IMG/VR virus record: IMGVR_UViG_3300042375_000779 | Strand: one strand, 5' to 3' | Source: an uncultured virus (IMG/VR IMGVR_UViG_3300042375_000779) | Taxonomy: Duplodnaviria; Heunggongvirae; Uroviricota; Caudoviricetes | DNA: 20,000 bases | Shown: one piece after another, positions 7,296-14,350 of the stretch | Layout: each line of letters begins with the position of its first letter | How positions within the stretch are numbered: the stretch's first letter is position 1 | Translations under genes and position numbers: made by a program | Notes under the pieces: model-generated | Database searches by the model: none | The model's input: only the letters and a program-made list of their open reading frames with translations | Told to the model about the DNA's origin: nothing

Positions 7296-7741
7296 AAAAA
7301 ATTTTATTAGTGCTAACGTTACTTTTGGGAGTGGAAGTCGTAGCAAATGGACAAGAGTGGTTTATAACTGCCACTCGAAAAGGCGGTCCATCAGATGGTT
7401 ATATAACGGGTGGTTTTATGAAAAAGGGTTGGGGATTCTATGCGGGTCTTCCCTATGGTGAAATAGGAGGCCCAAACGGTGGAATTACAATTCCTCCTGG
7501 TGTCAATACCAGAACAGGAAACGTATCTGATAATATGAAGTTTGGCGTTCTTAGACAAGTAAAAGAAGACAAGGCAATTGTTGGGTTTGGATTACAACCA
7601 ACAATTGATGGAAATAAACCAAATTTTCTTATAATGTACAATCCACTAAGACCAAGTAGTGTCATAAATTTATGGACAATTGGTAATGTTGTTGGTGATG
7701 ATTTAACATTAGGACTTGGATTATCATATAAAATAAAATAA
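7292..7741 (+). CDS. Small secreted protein, probable outer-membrane beta-barrel
   Basis: 149-aa ORF with signal peptide ..VANG|Q. Alternating Gly/hydrophobic strands; C-terminal LTLGLGLSYKIK resembles a beta-signal. Confidence 0.65.
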   Translation: MKKILLVLTLLLGVEVVANGQEWFITATRKGGPSDGYITGGFMKKGWGFYAGLPYGEIGGPNGGITIPPGVNTRTGNVSDNMKFGVLRQVKEDKAIVGFGLQPTIDGNKPNFLIMYNPLRPSSVINLWTIGNVVGDDLTLGLGLSYKIK

Positions 7742-7757
7742 ATTTTTAGTTAAATCG

Positions 7758-7794
7758 AACCCCGAACAAACTAAAAAATGTTCGGGGTTTTTTT
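7758..7794 (+). terminator. Intrinsic terminator
   Basis: AACCCCGAACA/TGTTCGGGGTT hairpin followed by a T run. Confidence 0.85.
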
Positions 7795-7811
7795 ATACCA
7801 TATTTTTTTGT

Positions 7812-7837
7812 TATATTTGATTTATAGTTCTTTGACA
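7812..7837 (+). promoter_or_regulatory. -7 promoter element plus boxA-like antitermination site
   Basis: TATATTTG 7812-7819, then GTTCTTTGACA 7827-7837, just before tRNA-Leu. Confidence 0.55.
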
Positions 7838-7852
7838 TTGTAATAAAAACAT

Positions 7853-7938
7853 ACCTGAGTGGTGAAATCGGTATACACGCAAGACTTAAAATCTTGTGGA
7901 CAGTAATGTCCGTGTGGGTTCAAGTCCCTCCTCAGGTA
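7853..7938 (+). tRNA. trnL: tRNA-Leu(TAA)
   Basis: Acceptor ACCTGAG/CTCAGGT, anticodon arm CAAGA-CTTAAAA-TCTTG, variable arm GGACA-GTAA-TGTCC, T loop TTCAAGT. Confidence 0.95.
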
Positions 7939-7939
7939 C

Positions 7940-8260
7940 AACACTATCGTTCTTTGAAAATAAAGGAGAAAATCAATATGGATATATTATCATTTATTTT
8001 AGGAATGTCTATAGTTGTGGTTATCGCAGTTGCGGTAGTTGCGGTTATAGCCTTTGTTAAGGTTAATAAAACTAACAAAGAAATTGAAACAATTCATACC
8101 ATAATGGGTAATGAATTCGAAAGGTCGAATAGAAATCGTGAAGAAGATATTCAAAATGTTTATAGAACATTGGATTCACGACTTGATAAACTTGAAAGTA
8201 AAATAACAACAAGCCGTAAGGCATAAAATTTAAATAAAAACTTTCAAAGACGATAGTGTT
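7940..8260. repeat. Near-perfect 19-bp inverted repeat bracketing a small ORF
   Basis: AACACTATCGT(T)CTTTGAAA (7940-7959) vs TTTCAAAGACGATAGTGTT (8242-8260). Confidence 0.85.
7978..8226 (+). CDS. Small membrane protein (82 aa; N-terminal TM helix, C-terminal coiled coil)
   Basis: Start moved to ATG 7978 (AAGGAG upstream), because the track's extension overlaps tRNA-Leu. MDILSFILGMSIVVVIAVAVVAVIAFV...LDSRLDKLESKI. Confidence 0.8.
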   Translation: MDILSFILGMSIVVVIAVAVVAVIAFVKVNKTNKEIETIHTIMGNEFERSNRNREEDIQNVYRTLDSRLDKLESKITTSRKA

Positions 8261-8266
8261 ATTTTT

Positions 8267-8340
8267 GGTTCCGTAGCTCAGTTGGATAGAGCAACATCCT
8301 TCTAAGATGTGGGTCTTTGGTTCGAATCCAAACGGGATCA
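8267..8340 (+). tRNA. trnR: tRNA-Arg(TCT)
   Basis: Acceptor GGTTCCG/CGGGATC, anticodon arm ACATC-CTTCTAA-GATGT, T arm TTTGG-TTCGAAT-CCAAA. Confidence 0.95.
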
Positions 8341-8393
8341 CGTAATCATTGAAAGAAACGATATCAGATTTTATCGTTAGATTAAACGATAAT

Positions 8394-8467
8394 GGACTTG
8401 TAGCTCACTAGGTTAGAGCGGCACACTCATAATGTGAAGGTAATAGGTTCGATTCCTATCTGGTCCA
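8394..8467 (+). tRNA. tRNA with CAT anticodon, probably Ile2 (lysidine); elongator Met not excluded
   Basis: Acceptor GGACTTG/CTGGTCC with paired G1-C72 and C4-G69, loop CTCATAA, T arm ATAGG-TTCGATT-CCTAT. Confidence 0.85.
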
Positions 8468-8485
8468 CTATTTAAAGTATGGGTC

Positions 8486-8594
8486 TTTGATGGAAGACCG
8501 CAAGAAGAATAGATGTTTTTCATCCATCAAAAATCAATAGTGCTGACTGCAACGGAGACACAAGACAGAAGTGAAGGAACTGTCCCTATTGATT
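8486..8594 (+). ncRNA. Two adjacent stem-closed structured modules of unknown identity
   Basis: TTTGATGGA/TCCATCAAA (8486-8531), and AATCAATAG/CTATTGATT (8532-8594) with internal GACAG/CTGTC. Confidence 0.35.
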
Positions 8595-8602
8595 ATTTAA
8601 AT

Positions 8603-8750
8603 TGTAGTGTGACGAAACTGGCAAACGTGCCCTCCTGTCTCGGGGGCGGTGACAAAGAAATGGGTAAGTAATATGGGGTAGACCACCAGCCGGCCGGCAT
8701 AGTGTTACTTACTGAATCTCACTTTGGTGGTTCGAGTCCATCCACTACAG
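8603..8750 (+). tRNA. Atypical tRNA-Asp(GTC)-like RNA with a 79-nt structured variable arm
   Basis: Acceptor TGTAGTG/CACTACA plus G73; D arm ACG-AAACTGGCAAA-CGT; anticodon arm CCCTC-CTGTCTC-GGGGG; variable region 8647-8725; T arm GGTGG-TTCGAGT-CCATC. Confidence 0.8.
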
Positions 8751-8761
8751 CAAATATTATT

Positions 8762-9574
8762 ATGGAAATTTTAAACATAAAAGAAAAAGACCTATCAATT
8801 ATAATTCCCTATAAGAATGGGCATACTATATTATATATGACATTCATTCATCTTTTTAAACATTTAAATATTGATATATCGTTAGAAAACAAGCCTAATA
8901 ATTTTTTAAATAATGTTCATATTTTTGTGAGAAATCCAGTAGATAGATTTTTTTCTTCTTATTATTGGCTAATCAATATGACAAAAAATGGAGAGGATAA
9001 ATATAAACAAGATATTTTAAATCTCATAAAAAACACCAACACACATAATATTGATAACTATATTAATCGGTATGATATTTTTTTAAAAGAATGTGATGAT
9101 TTTCATTATATACCCCAAAGCTCTCAAATATTATATAGTAAAAATAAAATTTATAAAAATGAAATAATCGATATTAAAACTGATTTAAAATTACTATACG
9201 ATAAAAAATTTGGAGCGGGATACAAAATTTTAAAAATTGAGGATATTGATAAAGTCATTGAAGACAATATGTCGTCCCTAATTAATAAAAATTTTGGTTT
9301 TTATAATAAAAAAAATACCGAAGCATTTAATGAAAGTAAGTTTGATTTTTTAAAAGATTACCCAGGTGATGTAAGTTTTTTATTTTCAACATTCTACCTA
9401 TATTTTAAAAATATATATAAAATAACGAAGCATCATATAAATATCGATTACACTAAAGAAGTTAAGTCCACCGAATATAAAACAGTTTGTTCCTTAACTG
9501 AAAATGAATCTATTTTCTTTAATTACCCAGAAAGAAGGGTTGATAAAAATATTTTTAAAAAAAGTTTAGTTTAA
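8762..9574 (+). CDS. Sulfotransferase family 2-like protein
   Basis: Start moved to ATG 8762 (270 aa). PYKNGHT resembles the 5'-PSB loop, FVRNPVDRFFSSYY the 3'-PB motif, and DFHYIPQS the HxxPQ motif. Confidence 0.7.
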   Translation: MEILNIKEKDLSIIIPYKNGHTILYMTFIHLFKHLNIDISLENKPNNFLNNVHIFVRNPVDRFFSSYYWLINMTKNGEDKYKQDILNLIKNTNTHNIDNYINRYDIFLKECDDFHYIPQSSQILYSKNKIYKNEIIDIKTDLKLLYDKKFGAGYKILKIEDIDKVIEDNMSSLINKNFGFYNKKNTEAFNESKFDFLKDYPGDVSFLFSTFYLYFKNIYKITKHHINIDYTKEVKSTEYKTVCSLTENESIFFNYPERRVDKNIFKKSLV

Positions 9575-9586
9575 TTTCATTTATAT

Positions 9587-9644
9587 TTTGTTTTTTAAAA
9601 AAGTTTTCTTATCTTTGTAAAAGAAACAAGAAATAGTTCTTTGA
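9587..9644 (+). promoter_or_regulatory. Bacteroidota-type promoter plus boxA-like site for the large ncRNA
   Basis: TTTG 9587-9590, 19-nt spacer, TATCTTTG 9610-9617, GTTCTTTGA 9636-9644. Confidence 0.7.
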
Positions 9645-9652
9645 TTTAAAAA

Positions 9653-10450
9653 TATTGGCCGCCTATGGTCAATAAAATAAACCACGAAAGTGGGATAAAG
9701 TGATCTGGTTTGGTTAAATCAGGTTGCGGTTTCAGCAATGGAACTCGAGTAGGCAAACAGAATATCGTTGAACCTTAAGTACTGAGGGTAACACTGTAGG
9801 GAAAGTGGTTCGATGATCAAGCAATCCGAGTTGTTTGGTTGAGGTGGGAACACCAATAAGAATAATCTGTAGAGTTAGTTTACAAGAAGTAGGATCTCCA
9901 ATCTTACAATTGTGTGACTCAATATGATGGGAATCTTAAAACCGAAAGGTATGGTGAAGTACGAGTGGTGTCGTTATCATCCTTAATTAAACCCTACCAA
10001 GGGTTTGGTTTTGAAGGGGTCCAAAAATATGGTAGCAGGGATGTTACAGAGAGTAGTTTAGTATCGAGTTGTTCAAAAGATAACTTGGCTGGCAGACGAG
10101 CCACTACTTTCCAAATTCGGAACCACAATCAATTGTTAATATGGTTTAACAACTTAAAAACAAGGAAAAGTGCTCGTCAGTCGTTGGAGACAGGTGACTA
10201 CACAGTCGAGAGGGGTTCTCGGCCACAAAGGGTCCAAACCCAATGTGATTTTTAAGAAAGTTCTCTAAGTTCGCAAGACTTAGTCGGGGTGGCAACCTCG
10301 AAGAGTAATGAGTATTAAAAGAGTATCTAACGACTTAAGGATTGGTTAATCTAATTGACCGTCGCTGATTGGTACTACTCAAAAGGTAGTGGATAAGAGA
10401 AGAAAAGATAATGTCTCTAAAGTCAATCGTTAAATGGTGTAATCTCAGCC
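9653..10450 (+). ncRNA. Large structured ncRNA, GOLLD-like (~800 nt)
   Basis: No credible ORF; GC-richer than flanks. Dense hairpins, many with GNRA loops (CCAC-GAAA-GTGG, ACC-GAAA-GGT, GGGGTG-GCAA-CCTC). 5' hairpin TATTGGCC/GGTCAATA, 3' end GTAATCTCAGCC. Has its own promoter and terminator. Length and tRNA-cluster context fit GOLLD; family call is from recall, not a covariance search. Confidence 0.75.
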
Positions 10451-10524
10451 CTTTTATTTTCTTTGTTTAATAAAACAAAGTGGTGGAATCGAAACGTTTT
10501 AAAACCGTTTGGCCCAAAAAGATT

Positions 10525-10552
10525 AGTCGGAAGAAATTCTGACTTTTTTTTT
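10525..10552 (+). terminator. Intrinsic terminator after the large ncRNA
   Basis: AGTCGGAA-GAAA-TTCTGACT followed by a long T run. Confidence 0.8.
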
Positions 10553-10586
10553 GCAATGACAAAAATAATATGTATATTTTATTATT

Positions 10587-11342
10587 ATGAGAATAGTTTG
10601 TATATCTGACACTCACGGTCTTCACAAAATAATGGAAGATTTTAATCCATTACCAGAAGGTGATGTGTTAATTCACGCGGGTGATTGTACTAACGTCGGT
10701 AAACCTCACGAGGTTAAAGAATTTGTTGAGTGGTTTATGAATGTTAAAGGTTTCGATTCTAAAATCTTTATCGCTGGTAACCACGACTGGGCTTTTGAAA
10801 ATAGACACCAACCTCACCATAAAGGGGACTTTGATTGGTATTATCATTTAATGAATGAAGAAAACCTTTCTCAATCTGATGTAGTTTATTTAGAAGATAG
10901 TCAATTTACCATAGAATCTTCAGAATTCTCAAGACCAATTAAATTTTGGGGTAGTCCTTGGCAACCTGAATTTTATAATTGGGCTTTTAATTTACCTAGA
11001 TTGGGTGATGAATTAAAAAAATACTGGGATATGATTCCTGACGATACTGACGTATTGATTACACACGGTCCCCCAAACGAGGCTAGAGATTTTGTTAGTA
11101 ATTGGAGACAAGGTGATGCCAATGTTGGTTGTGAATTACTGAGGTTTCGCGTGGAACAAATTAAACCACCTCTACACGTATTTGGTCATATTCACGGAGC
11201 TTACGGTGCCGCTCAAATAAAAGATACTCTTTATGTTAACGCAGCAACTTGTAATGATAGATATGTTCCTTCTAATAAACCAATCGTAGTTGACTTAACT
11301 GAAGTTGATGGTAAAATAATTGCAACATATGTCGAAGTATAA
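10587..11342 (+). CDS. Calcineurin-like metallophosphoesterase (MPPED/239FB-like)
   Basis: Motifs ISDTHG, IHAGD, IAGNHD, LITHGPP, FGHIH all present. Confidence 0.93.
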   Translation: MRIVCISDTHGLHKIMEDFNPLPEGDVLIHAGDCTNVGKPHEVKEFVEWFMNVKGFDSKIFIAGNHDWAFENRHQPHHKGDFDWYYHLMNEENLSQSDVVYLEDSQFTIESSEFSRPIKFWGSPWQPEFYNWAFNLPRLGDELKKYWDMIPDDTDVLITHGPPNEARDFVSNWRQGDANVGCELLRFRVEQIKPPLHVFGHIHGAYGAAQIKDTLYVNAATCNDRYVPSNKPIVVDLTEVDGKIIATYVEV

Positions 11343-12012
11343 TCAACCAGTAAGTGTTGTAATATCAACACGAAAAATTGAAGACAAATATTTGGAACAC
11401 GTTAGTAAGATGTTTTCACATCCAAAAACTCAAATTATTGTTTATGAAAATGAAGGTGAATATTCTTTACCTCAACTTTATAACAAAGGACTTGAAGAAT
11501 CCTCAAATGATATTGTCGTTTTTATACACGACGATCTTATAATTGAAACAACCAATATTACACCTAAAATATTAAAGATATTTGATACTCATCCAGAATA
11601 TGGAATAGTTGGTGTAGCTGGAACCGATAACTTAATAAGTGGTATGTGGTGGGAAGATAGGACATCAATGTATGGTGTTGTTGGTCACGAGCACGAAGGT
11701 AAACGTCACGTTAATCATTACTCCAAAGAATCATATTCTGAGAAGTTAAAAGAGGTGGTTATAATTGATGGTTTATTTATGATGATACATAAACAACGAA
11801 TTAAACATAAATTTAATGAGGAGTTCCCTGGGTTCCATTTTTATGATTTACCAATCTGTATTGAAAATTATATGGATGGGGTTAAAATAGGGGTAACAAC
11901 TAAAATAAGACTCACACATAAATCCATTGGAATGGTAAATAAACAATGGGATAAAAATAAACTCTTTTTTGAAGCTCTTTACGAAAAGAACTTCCCACTT
12001 AGAGTTGGGTGA
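11329..12012 (+). CDS. Glycosyltransferase family 2-like protein
   Basis: Likely ATG 11329. VSVVIS..LYNKGLEESSNDIVVFIHDD (DXD-like)..VIIDGLFM..FHFYDLPIC. Confidence 0.85.
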   Translation: MSKYNQPVSVVISTRKIEDKYLEHVSKMFSHPKTQIIVYENEGEYSLPQLYNKGLEESSNDIVVFIHDDLIIETTNITPKILKIFDTHPEYGIVGVAGTDNLISGMWWEDRTSMYGVVGHEHEGKRHVNHYSKESYSEKLKEVVIIDGLFMMIHKQRIKHKFNEEFPGFHFYDLPICIENYMDGVKIGVTTKIRLTHKSIGMVNKQWDKNKLFFEALYEKNFPLRVG

Positions 12013-12030
12013 TTTTTACCATAATTCGAA

Positions 12031-12038
12031 TATTTATA
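12031..12038 (+). promoter_or_regulatory. TATTTATA motif (candidate late promoter)
   Basis: 16 nt upstream of ATG 12055. Confidence 0.5.
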
Positions 12039-12054
12039 TATAAAACAAAAAACT

Positions 12055-12318
12055 ATGACTACAGTACTTTTAATTTTATTGGGCCTTGTAATCGCAGGAG
12101 CCATTGTGTTTTTCTTAATGAAGTCTGGAAAGATTGCAGATAAGGATGGTAACAACATTCCTGATGTTATTGACGAAACTATTAAAGACGTTAAAGAAAC
12201 TGTTGCAGTTGTTGAAAAGGTGGTTAAGAATATAACTAAACCATCCGCTAAAAAACCAGAGGTTAAATCACCAACGGAAAAGAAGCCAACAAAGAAAGCA
12301 ACTACAAAAAAGAAGTAA
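12055..12318 (+). CDS. Small membrane-anchored protein with a Ca-binding-like DKDGNNIPD motif and Lys/Pro-rich tail
   Basis: 87-aa ORF; N-terminal TM helix; KKPEVKSPTEKKPTKKATTKKK tail. Confidence 0.8.
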   Translation: MTTVLLILLGLVIAGAIVFFLMKSGKIADKDGNNIPDVIDETIKDVKETVAVVEKVVKNITKPSAKKPEVKSPTEKKPTKKATTKKK

Positions 12319-12341
12319 ATTATTAATTTAGTAGATACATT

Positions 12342-12372
12342 AGGGTTAAAATTTGTTTTTTAACCCTTTTTT
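12342..12372 (+). terminator. Intrinsic terminator overlapping the tmRNA promoter -33 element
   Basis: AGGGTTAAAA/TTTTAACCCT hairpin followed by a T run. Confidence 0.7.
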
Positions 12373-12399
12373 ATCTACCTTTGTAAAAGTTCTTTAAAA
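12352..12399 (+). promoter_or_regulatory. Bacteroidota-type promoter plus boxA-like site for tmRNA
   Basis: TTTG 12352-12355, TACCTTTG 12376-12383, GTTCTTTAAAA 12389-12399. Confidence 0.7.
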
Positions 12400-12403
12400 T
12401 TAT

Positions 12404-12813
12404 GGGGATGCCTTGGAATTGATTTCAGGTATCAGGGATAAATGGCACGTAGTCAGACTTCATCTATGACTTAAATCTATGGTGGAAAATTTTAGACGGC
12501 AACGTTTATAACAATATGGAAATTGCAGGTTTACTTGCAACTTCTAACGTAGCGGTAGCCTAAGGCGAAACTATAATCGGGTCGAAGTACATATAACCTA
12601 GGAACAGAAGTACTAAAGGTGTAATACCACCCAAAGATGTATTAGGAGTCTCGTTCAGGGGTCTACTCTAAAACAAGTGAACCCGACACAGTTATTGGTA
12701 ACGATGTCAAAATAGGAACCAGTTATTTGTCTGTTGTGAATTAACAGAATAAACGTGTAGTCATTTATTGTTGAACAGGAAAGACAAGGGTTCGACTCCC
12801 TTCATCTCCACCA
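12404..12813 (+). ncRNA. ssrA: tmRNA
   Basis: 5' GGGGATG pairs with 3' CATCTCC-ACCA, including G3:U70. T arm AAGGG-TTCGACT-CCCTT. Tag ORF 12498-12563 (GNVYNNMEIAGLLATSNVAVA*). smpB immediately downstream. Confidence 0.95.
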
Positions 12814-12820
12814 TACAAAT

Positions 12821-12844
12821 AGGACCCTTTAACGGGTCTTTTTT
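12821..12844 (+). terminator. Intrinsic terminator after tmRNA
   Basis: AGGACCC/GGGTCTT hairpin plus T run. Confidence 0.7.
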
Positions 12845-12861
12845 GTTTTAAGTATAAAGTT

Positions 12862-13299
12862 ATGAATACAATACATTATAATCGTAAGGCGAGGTTTAAT
12901 TACACAATAGAGGACAACTATTGTGGAGGAATTGTATTGACTGGTAATGAAGTTAAATCTATTAGAGATGGTAAGTTAAATTTCAACGATTCATATTGTC
13001 TATTCCTTAACAATGAATTATGGGTTAGAGGTCTTTATATTTCTGAAAATAAATTTGGGTTAAAACAAGACCCCACTAGAGATAGGAAAATTCTTTTAAA
13101 GAAAAAGGAACTAACAAAAATACAAACAACTGTAAAAGAGAAGGGTTATACTATATTTCCAGTTAGTGTTTTTTTCAATGATAAAAATATTCTTAAAATG
13201 AATATTGGTGTTGGTAAGGGTAAGAAGGAATATGATAAACGTGAAACCATCAAAAAAAGAGAAACCGATAGAGAAGTTAGAAAGTTGGTAACTACCTGA
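12862..13299 (+). CDS. smpB: SsrA-binding protein SmpB
   Basis: NRKARFNY..GIVLTGNEVKSIR..DPTRDRKILL..GKGKKEYDKRETIK signature. Confidence 0.97.
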   Translation: MNTIHYNRKARFNYTIEDNYCGGIVLTGNEVKSIRDGKLNFNDSYCLFLNNELWVRGLYISENKFGLKQDPTRDRKILLKKKELTKIQTTVKEKGYTIFPVSVFFNDKNILKMNIGVGKGKKEYDKRETIKKRETDREVRKLVTT

Positions 13300-13422
13300 A
13301 CGAACAAAAGGTCCGAAGACCCTTTGCCGAGATTGAAATACCTCCTTTTCGTTTTATAATCATTATCATCTAATGGCGACCAAACCAATTAAACTCTAAT
13401 AATAAATATCGCAAAATATACA

Positions 13423-14349
13423 TTAAAGCGCCATTTTGGCTAAAGTTTTTATCATTCCTAATGACATTCCCGCACCTAATAAACTACCCCCACCGTCGTC
13501 TGATTTAGAACCTCCTTCAATTTGTGCCAATTCGTTAGAATCCACACTACCCGCAACCATTTTACTAAATTGTGGATCATTGGCCATTTTTTCTCTAAAC
13601 TCGGCATCACTACTCATCTTTTCTTCAAACGCTGTGAAGTTTGGTAAACCAAATTTATCCAATATATTATTTGATATAATGAAATATTTTATCATATCTC
13701 TTCTATCTTTTCTACCTCTTCTAACCACGTTCCACCAATTACTTACCCAATTTTTTGGTTCCATACCTTTTTTAGCTACGTATTTTGCTAATGCTTGATC
13801 TTGGAAAAAAGTTTTATAACCAGTACTAAGTTTACCTCCAGCGGCAATTTCTTTACCAACTGCTTTACCCATTTGAATTGGTTTTAGTCTACCTAAAACA
13901 CTAGTATGTTCTGCAATCGATTGTCTCATACCACTAGCCAATTTTGACCCTATTCCAGGTACTTTTTCAACCTGACCGATTGTTTTACCTATAACTGGAC
14001 TAGTAAAATATTCACCCATTTTAACGTATTGAGCTTGCATTTTTGGATTCTTAGATAAATATTCCACCATCTCTGTGGACCCTTTAAGTGCAGTTTTACC
14101 CGTAATTCCAGCACCTTTTAATAATCTAATGAATGGTTTAGCGATGAAATCACCAACTGTTGGTATTAATGCGATTAACATTAAACCAGCATAAAGATAT
14201 TCTTTTTTCCATATGTATCTACCAATTAAGATAATATCCGCAACCTCACCAATTATAGGAATAAATCCTGCAATCATTAAAGCGTTCTCCCAACCATCTT
14301 CTTTTAATAGTTCTTTATTTTCTAATATTTGTTTTTTAGTAAATTCCAT
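13423..14349 (-). CDS. Hypothetical, probably virion-associated protein with a PT-TG-like hydrophobic hairpin
   Basis: 308-aa ORF. AGFIPIIGEVADII..ALIPTVGDFIAK resembles pre-toxin TG motifs. Confidence 0.65.
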   Translation of the reverse strand: MEFTKKQILENKELLKEDGWENALMIAGFIPIIGEVADIILIGRYIWKKEYLYAGLMLIALIPTVGDFIAKPFIRLLKGAGITGKTALKGSTEMVEYLSKNPKMQAQYVKMGEYFTSPVIGKTIGQVEKVPGIGSKLASGMRQSIAEHTSVLGRLKPIQMGKAVGKEIAAGGKLSTGYKTFFQDQALAKYVAKKGMEPKNWVSNWWNVVRRGRKDRRDMIKYFIISNNILDKFGLPNFTAFEEKMSSDAEFREKMANDPQFSKMVAGSVDSNELAQIEGGSKSDDGGGSLLGAGMSLGMIKTLAKMAL

Positions 14350-14350
14350 T

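Noticed and set aside
7453..8341. Minus-strand ORFs 7453-7665 and 8072-8341, and the 5' extension of 7894-8226
   Set aside because: Overlap real genes or tRNAs; better start at 7978.
8647..8725. Group I/II or archaeal-type intron as the explanation of the tRNA insert
   Set aside because: Only 79 nt, in the variable region, with no catalytic core and no clear bulge-helix-bulge.
9653..10450. rRNA fragment, group II intron or RNase P; ORF 9914-10255
   Set aside because: No rRNA universal motifs, no domain V or GUGYG boundary, no RNase P GAGGAAAGUCC. The ORF has a GTG start and non-phage-like composition inside dense RNA structure.
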